Assembly (NCBI GenBank): GCA_964614115.1
Contig: CAZTKR010000002.1
Coordinates: forward strand, 1-49,117
Length of the DNA stretch: 49,117 bases
Direction: 5' to 3'
From: an uncultured bacterium
GTDB lineage: Bacteria > Zhuqueibacterota > QNDG01 > DSAB01
Below are positions 1 through 8,424 of the stretch, one piece after another; position 1 is the first letter of the stretch, and the number at the start of each line of letters is the position of its first letter. The translations under genes and the position numbers were made by a program. The notes under the pieces were generated by a model that was given only the letters and a program-made list of their open reading frames with translations, made no database searches and was not told the origin of the DNA.

Positions 1-1
1 G

Positions 2-112
2 CTGTGCGACATGCTGAACTTCGACGGGTCCAGGAGGGAATCCAGGAATCCCGAGGGCCTGCTCACGAGACTCGAGGGCTTAAATACTTGGCTCTTGGGC
101 GTCTGGGATTGA
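2..112 (+). CDS. 3' end of an unidentified CDS entering from the left window edge (36 codons + TGA)
   Basis: Frame 2 is open from the edge to TGA 110-112, with G/C-biased third positions (ctg tgc gac atg ctg aac ttc gac ggg tcc ...). The sequence turns AT-rich right after. No family recognisable. It competes with track ORF 4-222 (frame 1), which runs on through the AT-rich spacer and looks non-coding. Confidence 0.3.
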   Translation: MCDMLNFDGSRRESRNPEGLLTRLEGLNTWLLGVWD

Positions 113-355
113 GCCGATGCAAGCCCGATGAGGATTATCGACAAGAAAATCACACAAACAATTATTTTCTTTTCCATTTATCCCACCTCATTTCGACGGA
201 GAGCGATCACTATAAATTATAAAAATAAAACGATAAAAGTCAACCCTTTTTTAGAAGTTCTTCCGGTGAGAACGCATAAAAAATAAAAGATTGACTTGTT
301 TGCTATGATGCATTATAATATGCAAAGGAATCACATGACAAAGGGAGCAGATACC

Positions 356-1267
356 ATGAAGATGCCAGAGCAAGGAATCCGTAACATTCCTCTCATTTTT
401 GTCGTCTATTTCGTGTGTATGGCAACGAATCATCCTCTGTATTCTCAGCAAGTGATCGGGGTGTCGCTGGGGTACGAGTGTTTCCCGCATGTCGGCCTGA
501 CGGAGCCTGTGCCGGGTGCCAAGGGAGTCGAGGTACAGGCAAGGGCCTGGCGCGCGGGAGCCGCTTTTCCCCTGATACTCGCCGGCGGCAAGATCATCGT
601 CCTGAATCAGATAAATTACAAACGCGTCGGCTTTGACTACAAGAACTACCCTGAGGAAGAAGATCGAATCGATCAGCTTCAGTCCGTGGATTACACCTTT
701 TTTCTCATCGACTCCCTTTCCACAAAATGGAAAATGGCGGCCCTGTTGATCCCGGGACTGGCTTCGGATTTTGAGGGTAAACTATCGGGTGATGATTTCA
801 TGTTTCAGGCGGCCTTCGGTTTCATCAGGCAAATGAAAAAAGATTTTCAACTGGGATTCGGAGTAGCTTATTTCCGAGAATTTGGTCCTCCCCTCATCAT
901 GCCGTTCCTGTATTTCGATTGGAAAATCAATCCTCGCTGGTCCGTATATGGGCTGATGCCCCAGAGTCTCGACATAACCTGTCGCATCAATCCCATGCTC
1001 GATTTGGGCTGCTCCCTGAAGATCGACGGGAACCGCTACCATGGAAATCCTAACAAATACCCGGAAGCCAATCCCCAGATCGATTACTCCGAGGGCACGA
1101 TAAGCCCGAATGTACACATCCATCTCTCGAAATGGGTGCACCTTTATGTAGAAGGCGGGTATGCATTCTACCGGAACTTTCGGTTTTTGGATGGGAGCGA
1201 GGAAATCTTGTCCCTGGATTTGAAACAGAATGTATACTTGAGAACGGGCCTTATCCTGGGTCTGTGA
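356..1267 (+). CDS. secreted / outer-membrane beta-barrel-like hypothetical protein
   Basis: Track ORF 296-1267 starts at TTG. The internal ATG 356 (MKMPEQGIRNIPLIFVVYFVCMATNHPLYSQQ) gives a signal-like hydrophobic N-terminus. The rest is rich in alternating aromatic/Gly strand-like segments (GFGVAYF, YVEGGYAFYRNFRF). Family not recognised with certainty. Confidence 0.6.
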   Translation: MKMPEQGIRNIPLIFVVYFVCMATNHPLYSQQVIGVSLGYECFPHVGLTEPVPGAKGVEVQARAWRAGAAFPLILAGGKIIVLNQINYKRVGFDYKNYPEEEDRIDQLQSVDYTFFLIDSLSTKWKMAALLIPGLASDFEGKLSGDDFMFQAAFGFIRQMKKDFQLGFGVAYFREFGPPLIMPFLYFDWKINPRWSVYGLMPQSLDITCRINPMLDLGCSLKIDGNRYHGNPNKYPEANPQIDYSEGTISPNVHIHLSKWVHLYVEGGYAFYRNFRFLDGSEEILSLDLKQNVYLRTGLILGL

Positions 1268-1318
1268 CAGGCATCGAAGCATCTCAGGATATTTTAAATA
1301 GAACCGACGTTATTTTTC

Positions 1319-1347
1319 TTGATAATATGCATCCGATGTATTAAATT
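1319..1347 (+). promoter_or_regulatory. sigma70-like promoter candidate for the Rrf2 gene
   Basis: TTGATA (1319-1324), 17-nt spacer, TAAATT (1342-1347), about 40 nt upstream of ATG 1387. Confidence 0.4.
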
Positions 1348-1377
1348 ATTACTATTCTGGTGATAATAGTAACAATT
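1344..1377 (+). promoter_or_regulatory. inverted repeat, candidate Rrf2 auto-operator (or leader hairpin)
   Basis: AATTATTACTATT-N8-AATAGTAACAATT. The inner 8-bp arms (1349-1356 / 1365-1372) are perfectly complementary and the 13-bp arms have one mismatch. It overlaps the -10 candidate and ends at the GAGG SD of the Rrf2 gene. Confidence 0.5.
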
Positions 1378-1386
1378 GAGGTGACT

Positions 1387-1839
1387 ATGCAGCTTTCGAC
1401 ACGAGGACGGTATGCGGCCAGGGCCATGTTCGAGCTGGCGCTTCATCACGGCCAAGAGCCTCTTCGTTTGCATCAGATTGCCCGGAGCCAGGGGATACCC
1501 GGAAGATACCTGGAGCAGATGATGGTCATGCTGGTCTCCTGCGGTCTGGTTCGGAGCACGCGTGGTCGGCGTGGTGGATTCAGCCTGGCGAAACCGCCGG
1601 ATGCCATCGTACTGAGTGATGTCGTCCAGGCCGTAGAAGGCTCGTTGGCACTCGTAGACTGCGTCGATGATGGCAAGCTCTGCGAGCGGACGAATCTCTG
1701 TATTACCCACGATATCTGGAAGAAGGTGAAAGAGGCCATGTTCCAAGTCCTCGACTCGATTACGTTGGCGGATATGGTTGAAATGCATCGTACAAAACGG
1801 ACAGAGATGGGAGAACGGGATGGCTCTTCAAATCCATAG
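1387..1839 (+). CDS. Rrf2 family transcriptional regulator (IscR/NsrR-like)
   Basis: MQLSTRGRYAARAMFELALHHGQEPLRLHQIARSQGIPGRYLEQMMVMLVSCGLVRSTRGRRGGFSLA is the typical Rrf2 winged-helix N-terminus. Downstream Cys residues (VDCVDDGKLCERTNLC) could ligate an Fe-S cluster. ATG 1387 is preceded by GAGG. Sits directly upstream of nifS. Confidence 0.88.
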   Translation: MQLSTRGRYAARAMFELALHHGQEPLRLHQIARSQGIPGRYLEQMMVMLVSCGLVRSTRGRRGGFSLAKPPDAIVLSDVVQAVEGSLALVDCVDDGKLCERTNLCITHDIWKKVKEAMFQVLDSITLADMVEMHRTKRTEMGERDGSSNP

Positions 1840-1980
1840 GCTGCCTGGGAGAATGTGCCTGAATCCTCGTAATCAGCAGGTTGATAGTCCCGAGGACGTA
1901 GTGTACCGATGGATACGTTGCTCTTTGGATGGATCGGCCCCATGAAAATGCATCCTGAGCAGGGAGATGCCATCAAATCC

Positions 1981-2009
1981 TTGACTTCGGATAGCGGATT
2001 AAGTATATT
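1981..2009 (+). promoter_or_regulatory. sigma70-like promoter candidate for the nifS-nadA-mnmA operon
   Basis: TTGACT (1981-1986), exactly 17 nt, TATATT (2004-2009), 70 nt upstream of ATG 2079. Followed by a GATGTCC-N12-GGACATC hairpin (2032-2057) in the leader. Confidence 0.5.
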
Positions 2010-2078
2010 AAGGATCAAGAATTTGCATGTGGATGTCCAGTGGACGAGTCGGACATCGCATGAGGACTGGGGAAACAG

Positions 2079-3230
2079 ATGAAACGCATTTATTTGGATT
2101 ATTCCGCGACCACGCCCACGGACCAAAGGGTCCTGAAGGCGATGGAACCGTACTGGAACGAAAAATTCGGAAATCCCTCCTCCATCCACAGTTACGGCCA
2201 GGAAACAAAAGAAGCCGTCGAGACTGCAAGAGCCCGTGTCGCTTCTCTGATAGGCGCAGCCCCCTCGGAAATTGTATTCACCAGTGGAGGAACCGAGGCC
2301 GATAATACGGCTATTAAATCCATCGGTTTTTCCCTCAGGGAGAAGGGAAATCATATCATCACCACAGCCATCGAGCACCACGCCGTGCTGCACGCCTGTC
2401 AGTTTATGGAGTCGCAAGGCTTTGAAGTGACCTTCTTGCCCGTGGATACGTCGGGACTCGTCAACATCTCCGATGTTCAAAAAGTCATAAAAGAAGGGAC
2501 GATTCTTATCTCCATCATGCATGCCAACAACGAGATTGGCACGATTCAACCCATCGCCGAAATCGGGGCACTGGCCAAGGAAAGAGCCATCCTCTTCCAC
2601 ACGGATGCCGTGCAAACATGCGGACACATGAAAATCGATGTGAATCAGGCGAATATCGACCTTTTGTCTCTCTCCGCCCATAAATTCTACGGGCCCAAGG
2701 GCGTGGGGGCCCTGTACATACGGGAGGGAACCCCCTTCATCCCTTTCATGGACGGTGGTGCCCAGGAACTGGGCCGGCGAAGCTCCACGCACAATGTTCC
2801 TGGGATCGTCGGGCTGGGGAAGGCCGCCGAAATCGCCATGGAAGAGATGGTTCCCGAGCACCAGCGGATTCGATCTCTTCGTGACAGGTTGTGGGAGGGC
2901 ATTCAACGCAACATCGACAAGGTTCATCTGAACGGGCATGCGGACAAGCGTCTCGACAACAATGTTCATCTCTCCATAGAAAACGTGGAAGGCGAAGCCC
3001 TCCTGATAAACCTTGATATGGAAGGCATTGCCGGTTCCAGCGGTTCGGCGTGCAGCTCCGGGTCGACGGAACCCTCTCATGTTTTGATTGCTTTGGGCAT
3101 ATCCCCCGAGCTTGCCAGGGGCAGTTTGCGATTGACGTTGGGGCGGTTCACCACGGAAGACGAGGTCGATGGTACCGTGGATGCATTAACCCGTGTTGTT
3201 CAGCACCTGCGTTCATTATCACCCTTTTAA
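2079..3230 (+). CDS. nifS: cysteine desulfurase, NifS/IscS type (class V aminotransferase)
   Basis: MKRIYLDYSATTP, FTSGGTEADN, PLP-lysine context SLSAHKFYGPKGVGALY, and catalytic-Cys loop SSGSACSSGS. 383 aa. GGGGA SD 5 nt before the ATG. Confidence 0.93.
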   Translation: MKRIYLDYSATTPTDQRVLKAMEPYWNEKFGNPSSIHSYGQETKEAVETARARVASLIGAAPSEIVFTSGGTEADNTAIKSIGFSLREKGNHIITTAIEHHAVLHACQFMESQGFEVTFLPVDTSGLVNISDVQKVIKEGTILISIMHANNEIGTIQPIAEIGALAKERAILFHTDAVQTCGHMKIDVNQANIDLLSLSAHKFYGPKGVGALYIREGTPFIPFMDGGAQELGRRSSTHNVPGIVGLGKAAEIAMEEMVPEHQRIRSLRDRLWEGIQRNIDKVHLNGHADKRLDNNVHLSIENVEGEALLINLDMEGIAGSSGSACSSGSTEPSHVLIALGISPELARGSLRLTLGRFTTEDEVDGTVDALTRVVQHLRSLSPF

Positions 3231-3240
3231 GGTAAAGCCG

Positions 3241-4149
3241 ATGCACAATCATCACTTGGTGGAAGATATCCTCCGCCTGAAAGAAGAAAAAAAAGCCGTT
3301 CTTCTGGTTCACAACTATCAAAGAGGGGAGATTCAGGACCTGGCCGATCATCTGGGCGACTCCCTGGGGCTCTCCCGCAAGGCCGCCGAGACGGAACATC
3401 CGATGATCGTGTTCTGCGGCGTGGTGTTCATGGCAGAGACGGCCAAGATCCTATCTCCCGGTAAAACCGTTTTGATCCCCCGGCAGGATGCCGGATGCCC
3501 GATGGCCCATATGGTGAACGTCCCCGAGCTAAAAGCACTGAAGGCCCAACACCCGAATGCCCTCGTCGTAACATACGTGAATTCCACGGCGGAGGTTAAA
3601 GCCGAATCCGATGTGTGCTGTACATCGGCGAACGCCGTTCAGGTGGTGCAGAACATCGAAGCCGATGAGATCATCTTCACACCGGATAGGAACCTGGCTG
3701 CCTATGTACAACGATTCACGAACAAGAAGATCATCCCCTGGGAAGGGTACTGTTATGTTCACGAGCGATTCACGAAAGAAGAAGTCCTCAAGGCGAAAGA
3801 GGCCCATCCCGACGCTGTCCTGATGGTACATCCCGAATGCCGGCCGGATGTCATCGACGAGGCCGATGAGGTGCTCTCCACCAGTGGGATGGTGCGTTTT
3901 GCCAGGGAGTCTTCTGCCCGCACGATCCTGGTGGGCACGGAGGAGGGCATGCTCTACCGTTTGAGGAAGGAGAATCCCGACAAAACGTTCTATTCTGCGG
4001 GTACTGCCAAGATGTGCCAGGGAATGAAGTGCACGCGCCTTGAAGATCTCCACAAAGCCTTTGTCAAGGGACAGTATGTTGTCGAGATTCCCCAAGACAT
4101 CATGAATCGTGCTCGAACATCCCTGGAGAGAATGCTTCAGTATGTGTAG
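3241..4149 (+). CDS. nadA: quinolinate synthase NadA
   Basis: LLVHNYQRGEIQDLADHLGDSLGLS, FCGVVFMAETAKIL, DAGCPMA, YVNSTAEVKAESDVCCTSANA and MVHPECRP are hallmark NadA segments. ATG 3241 lies 10 nt after the nifS stop. Confidence 0.92.
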   Translation: MHNHHLVEDILRLKEEKKAVLLVHNYQRGEIQDLADHLGDSLGLSRKAAETEHPMIVFCGVVFMAETAKILSPGKTVLIPRQDAGCPMAHMVNVPELKALKAQHPNALVVTYVNSTAEVKAESDVCCTSANAVQVVQNIEADEIIFTPDRNLAAYVQRFTNKKIIPWEGYCYVHERFTKEEVLKAKEAHPDAVLMVHPECRPDVIDEADEVLSTSGMVRFARESSARTILVGTEEGMLYRLRKENPDKTFYSAGTAKMCQGMKCTRLEDLHKAFVKGQYVVEIPQDIMNRARTSLERMLQYV

Positions 4150-5209
4150 GGATCGTGTCGTGGTCGCCATGAGCGGCGGTGTGGATTCCTCGGTGGCGGC
4201 TGCTTTCCTCAAGGAAAAAGGGTACGATGTCATCGGTATCACGATGAAGCTGGGGGATAGGAACAACCGATGCTGTTCCGATCAAGACGTCCAGGACGCC
4301 CGCTCGGTGTCTCGACATCTGGGAATTCCCCACCACGTGGTCTCCTTCCGTACGCCCTTTAAGAAACAGGTTGTCGATTATTTTGTATCCGAATACGTGA
4401 GAGGCCGTACACCCAATCCCTGCGCCGTGTGCAATCCCACCATCAAATTCGGCGAACTACTTAAAAAAGCCCTCTCCTTGAATGCCCGGTTGTTGGCCAC
4501 GGGACACTATGCCAGGGTCATCCATGATCGGGAATCGGGGAGGTATGCGCTGTATCGGGGAAAAGAGCGGGGTAAGGATCAATCCTACTTTCTTGCCCGC
4601 CTTTCCCAGGAATCGCTGCGCCACGCCCTGTTTCCCGTGGGCAATTTCCCCAAAGCGAAGATTCGGCAGCTGGCCCAACGTTTTGGCCTTTTGGTTTCCT
4701 CAAAAACGGAAAGCCAGGAAGTGTGTTTCATACCAGACGGTGATGTGGCGGGATTCATCGAGCATCAGCAGGGAGCGTCGTTCCCAGTGGGTTCCATCGT
4801 CGATGGATCGGGCCGTGTGATGGGCAAACACAGAGGCGTTATCGGTTATACCATCGGTCAGCGAAAAGGTCTGGGAATTGCCGCGGGAAAACCCGTCTAC
4901 GTCACCCGTATTGACGCGGGCAGCAACACTGTTGTCGTGGGCGATTGGGAGGATTTGTATCATAAGGAATTTATCGCGCGAGACCCCCATTGGATTTCAA
5001 CATCGGGTCTCACCGAACCACTCCGCGTGAAAACGAAAATACGGTACAAGCATCGGCCGGCCTGGTCAGATCTTACACCGTTGGACAGCGACAGCGTCCG
5101 TGTACGATTCGAGAAGGCTCAGAGGGCCATCACACCCGGACAACTCGCTGTATTTTACGACGGCGATGCCGTCCTGGGATCGGCGTGGATCGATGAAGTG
5201 GTAAACTGA
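4142..5209 (+). CDS. mnmA: tRNA 2-thiouridine(34) synthase MnmA
   Basis: PP-loop VVVAMSGGVDSSVAAAFL, TPNPCAVCNPTIKF, LATGHYAR and KDQSYFL. ATG 4142 overlaps the nadA stop (TAG 4147-4149), implying translational coupling. Confidence 0.92.
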   Translation: MCRDRVVVAMSGGVDSSVAAAFLKEKGYDVIGITMKLGDRNNRCCSDQDVQDARSVSRHLGIPHHVVSFRTPFKKQVVDYFVSEYVRGRTPNPCAVCNPTIKFGELLKKALSLNARLLATGHYARVIHDRESGRYALYRGKERGKDQSYFLARLSQESLRHALFPVGNFPKAKIRQLAQRFGLLVSSKTESQEVCFIPDGDVAGFIEHQQGASFPVGSIVDGSGRVMGKHRGVIGYTIGQRKGLGIAAGKPVYVTRIDAGSNTVVVGDWEDLYHKEFIARDPHWISTSGLTEPLRVKTKIRYKHRPAWSDLTPLDSDSVRVRFEKAQRAITPGQLAVFYDGDAVLGSAWIDEVVN

Positions 5210-5266
5210 TTTTTCGTCCGATTAAAGCACTGGCATCATTCATTTGACACTGAGAGAGGAGATGGC

Positions 5267-5752
5267 ATGCGGATCATAAACGACTCACGATGGACATTCA
5301 CTCTACTGACATTAGGATTGGCGGGCTGCTTGATATGCGGTTTTGGATGTAGCAAGAAGGCATCCGAGGCAAAGGCTGGAAGCGATGCGGATATTCATTG
5401 GTTGACCAGCCTGGATGAGGCCGTGGCCTTGGCCGAAAAACAGAATAAGCCAATAATGATCGATTTCATGGCAGAGTGGTGTCCACCCTGCAAGAAAATG
5501 GAAAAGACGACGTTCAACCAGCCTGACGTGATCGAGAAAGCAAAATCGTTTGTTACCCTGCGCATCGATGTAGACGAGCAGGCTGAGGTTGCCAACAAGT
5601 ATCATTGCAATGCGGAAAAGTACGGCGGCATCGGTATCCCCAACATTCTCTTCATGACCCATAAGGAGAAACGGCTCAAGCACATCATCGGATACCAGGC
5701 CCCCGAATCACTCGTCGCGGTGATGGATTCTGTGCTGACGATGATGGAATGA
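5267..5752 (+). CDS. thioredoxin-fold lipoprotein (thioredoxin_7 / DsbD-C-like)
   Basis: Lipobox-like LTLGLAGCLICGFGC. Redox motif DFMAEWCPPCKKM. SD GAGAGAGGA upstream of ATG 5267. Confidence 0.82.
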   Translation: MRIINDSRWTFTLLTLGLAGCLICGFGCSKKASEAKAGSDADIHWLTSLDEAVALAEKQNKPIMIDFMAEWCPPCKKMEKTTFNQPDVIEKAKSFVTLRIDVDEQAEVANKYHCNAEKYGGIGIPNILFMTHKEKRLKHIIGYQAPESLVAVMDSVLTMME

Positions 5753-5777
5753 CGGCCGGTTCATTGGTAAGTCTGTG

Positions 5778-5806
5778 AAATCCCTTGGTCTACCAAGGGA
5801 TTTTTT
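5778..5806 (+). terminator. rho-independent terminator
   Basis: AAATCCCTTGG (5778-5788) / loop TCTA / CCAAGGGATTT (5793-5803), running into a T-tract that ends at 5806. Confidence 0.8.
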
Positions 5807-5911
5807 ATTGAAATGGCTTGCTTCTTTGATTCGCAGTTGCTAAATTAATATATCATTCACAATGCCCTTCTCGGGTTTTGCACAAATTTTATCATTTTCA
5901 AGAGTAGGACT

Positions 5912-6718
5912 ATGGATCCTCAAACGAAAATCACGGTCCCCCTTCTCAGAGACATGAAGAAACGGGGAGAAAAAATCACCTGTTTGACGGCTTACGACTG
6001 GATCACGGCCTCGTTACTGGACAGCGCCGGGATCGATTTGATCCTGGTGGGCGACTCGGGAGCCATGGTCTTTGCAGGGCACGAGAACACACTGCCCATC
6101 ACCGTGGATCAAATGATCTACCACACGCAGGCCGTCTCCCGGGGGGTGAAGCGGGCACTTCTGATCGCAGACATGCCCTTCCTGTCGTTCCAGGTCTGCA
6201 CCGATGAAGCCGTACGTAATGCCGGACGGTTCTTAAAAGAGGCCGGAGCCGATGGTGTGAAGGTAGAAGGGGGGGCGCCCATGGCAGAGACCATCCGGAA
6301 GATGACATCCATCGGCATACCCGTGATGGGTCATCTGGGTTTGACTCCACAATCGATTCACAGCTTTGGGGATTATGGTATCCGTGGAAAGGAAGTCGCC
6401 GAGGCTGAACAGTTGAAAAGAGACGCTAAAATACTGGAAGAAGCGGGTACGTTTGCCATCGTTCTGGAGAAGATTCCCGCTTCGCTGGCCGGGGAGATCA
6501 CAAAGTCGGTATCGATTCCCACCATTGGTATCGGAGCCGGTCCTGAATGCGACGGACAGATCCTGGTCACCCACGATATGCTGGGTCTTTTCGAGGCATT
6601 CAAGCCTAAATTTGTGAAGCGGTATGCGGAACTCGCCCAAACGATTCGGGATGCTGTGAAGCACTATGCCAGGGAGGTGAAAGAGGGTCAATACCCATCG
6701 TCCAAGGAGAGTTATTGA
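5912..6718 (+). CDS. panB: 3-methyl-2-oxobutanoate hydroxymethyltransferase PanB
   Basis: KITCLTAYDWITASLLDSAGIDLILVGDSGAMVFAGHENTLPITVDQMIYH, DMPF and GADGVKVEGG match PanB. Confidence 0.92.
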   Translation: MDPQTKITVPLLRDMKKRGEKITCLTAYDWITASLLDSAGIDLILVGDSGAMVFAGHENTLPITVDQMIYHTQAVSRGVKRALLIADMPFLSFQVCTDEAVRNAGRFLKEAGADGVKVEGGAPMAETIRKMTSIGIPVMGHLGLTPQSIHSFGDYGIRGKEVAEAEQLKRDAKILEEAGTFAIVLEKIPASLAGEITKSVSIPTIGIGAGPECDGQILVTHDMLGLFEAFKPKFVKRYAELAQTIRDAVKHYAREVKEGQYPSSKESY

Positions 6719-7203
6719 TGGAATCGTCTCTCTTGTTTTTTCTTCTGGGCCTGTCGGTATTTGGCGTTACGTTTATGATAAAAGATAGGCCCGAGTGGAT
6801 TCGTATCGTGGCTTTCATCGTCACGGGCGCCCTGTCGGGTGTAATCGTCGGATTCATCGGAGGTGAAAGGCTGCTGGTGATGCTGCAGCTCCCACGACCT
6901 TTGCCGGCCGGAATAGGTGCTGTGGCGGGTATTGTTCTCTACAGTGCGGATAAGGTCGGTCTGATTCACAAACCCGGAATCCAGTACATTGTGACGATTC
7001 TGCTGGGATCGATCCTGGCGGTTATTTCGTACGTCATGCTGCTCATCTATCAATCGATACTGCCGGCGGAGTATATCGTGTCGCCGCCCACGAGGCTTCT
7101 CGCCCTGAGCTTTTTCCTCATCGGATTTCTTACTGTTTTCGGTTATACGTTCCCTGAGCGCTGGTTCAAGCAGAAGAAAGAAAAACGGGAAAGTGATCGA
7201 TAG
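6718..7203 (+). CDS. hypothetical integral membrane protein (4-5 predicted TM segments)
   Basis: MESSLLFFLLGLSVFGVTF..., several long hydrophobic stretches and a basic C-terminus KQKKEKRESDR. ATG 6718 overlaps the panB TGA (TGATG). The track start 6715 is a TTG one codon upstream. Confidence 0.6.
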   Translation: MESSLLFFLLGLSVFGVTFMIKDRPEWIRIVAFIVTGALSGVIVGFIGGERLLVMLQLPRPLPAGIGAVAGIVLYSADKVGLIHKPGIQYIVTILLGSILAVISYVMLLIYQSILPAEYIVSPPTRLLALSFFLIGFLTVFGYTFPERWFKQKKEKRESDR

Positions 7204-7267
7204 AATTCGCGGATTCCTCTGCCCCATATCAAGAGTATCATCAGCAAGGTTTTATACATAGAAAAAT

Positions 7268-7295
7268 GCCCTCGCAACCGAGAGGGCTTTTTTTA
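7268..7295. terminator. bidirectional rho-independent terminator
   Basis: GCCCTC (7268-7273) / GAGGGC (7282-7287), flanked by an A-run on the left (7262-7266) and a T-run on the right (7288-7294). It reads as hairpin + U-tract on both strands. Confidence 0.7.
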
Positions 7296-7600
7296 TTATG
7301 GATTTCAACGTTTTTTCCTGAAGTTGTGCGTCGTATTCGTGGTTCCTTATCATCCTTCCGGGAATACCATCAGTGGATTCCCCGGTAGTATCTGAAGCTA
7401 TCCACCTATTGCCGACGCGTATGCGCCATCGCCGAAGGTATCACTCAGGAGCATGCACGTCACGGAACAATGCTGGATTTACTCGAAACGAAGTTGTCTG
7501 GTTTTCTGTAGATTGCATACGCGACCTGTCCCGAAGGCCCGATATCGAATACGTCTCTGCCTAAGCTATCTCCCCATTCGTATTCTTTTGAGCATGTCGA

Positions 7601-8395
7601 TTATAAATCCTTGAACTTCTCCGTGATCTGTTGAATCTGCTGGAACTTGGACTGTACACGGGCTAGGTCCTCGCCCATGCGGTAGGTGTCTTTGTCCAGC
7701 CTGCCCTTGGGATCCAGTTCACTCAGGACATTGGGCCCTGTCAAATTTGGATTCTCCTTGGCGTAGGGCCAGAGCCGGAATGAACCGCCGGTGATTTCAT
7801 CGATGACAGTGGCTTTGCCGTCGATGAGTCCGTATTCCAGCTTGAAGTCGACGAGCTGGATGCCAAAATGGGCGAAAGCCGTCTCCAGATGCTCAAAGAC
7901 CTCGACATTGATGGAGCGCATATCGGCATAAACCTCACCGCCCCCCTTGGCACGGATGATGTATTCCACGTAGGTGTCGTCCAGCATGGGGTCGTGCAGG
8001 GGATCGTCCTTGTAGTGAAACTGGGTGATGAGGGGATCGTACCATGTGCCTTCTTCGACGTTGCCCCATTTCAAGATAGAACCCGCTGCCACGCGTCTCG
8101 TCACGACTTCCAGATTGATTTTAAAATCCAATTTTTTAACCAGGCTCACCTTTTCCTGGGGACTTTCCATGTAATGGGTTCTCACGCCTTTTCGGTTGAG
8201 GTATTCAAAAATATTCCGGTTTGTGCTCCAGTCCACCAGGGCCTTACCTTCGATGACATCGTGCTTTGCTCCGTCCCCGGCCGTGATGTCGTCCTTGAAG
8301 ACCATGAATACGGTCTTGGCATCATCGGGATTTCCGAAAATGATCTTTGTTTTACCTTCGTTGATCATGGCGAGGGAACTTAAATCAATGGCCAT
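7601..8395 (-). CDS. purC: phosphoribosylaminoimidazole-succinocarboxamide (SAICAR) synthase PurC
   Basis: NEGKTKIIF, DDITAGDGAKHD, LEVVTRRVAAGS and LVDFKLEYG match the long-form PurC. GGAAGGAG SD upstream of ATG 8395. Confidence 0.9.
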   Translation of the reverse strand: MAIDLSSLAMINEGKTKIIFGNPDDAKTVFMVFKDDITAGDGAKHDVIEGKALVDWSTNRNIFEYLNRKGVRTHYMESPQEKVSLVKKLDFKINLEVVTRRVAAGSILKWGNVEEGTWYDPLITQFHYKDDPLHDPMLDDTYVEYIIRAKGGGEVYADMRSINVEVFEHLETAFAHFGIQLVDFKLEYGLIDGKATVIDEITGGSFRLWPYAKENPNLTGPNVLSELDPKGRLDKDTYRMGEDLARVQSKFQQIQQITEKFKDL

Positions 8396-8424
8396 TCATC
8401 TGCTCCTTCCTGTGTTCGTGATTC

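Noticed and set aside
4-222. Track ORF 4-222 (72 aa) at the left edge.
   Set aside because: It starts at a GTG and runs through an AT-rich, spacer-like stretch. The frame-2 reading ending at TGA 110-112 has a better codon pattern. Neither is identifiable, so only the frame-2 fragment is listed, at low confidence.
1473-3080. Very long antisense ORFs: 1473-3080 (535 aa), 12421-14478 (685 aa), 35471-36517 (348 aa), 46541-47815 (424 aa), 9705-11090 (461 aa).
   Set aside because: Each lies exactly opposite a gene with unmistakable family motifs (NifS, spermidine-synthase-like, aminotransferase, PLP enzyme, D-aminoacylase). Their translations are Arg/Gly/His/Asp-rich low-complexity sequences with no motifs. 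These are typical shadow ORFs of GC-biased coding DNA.
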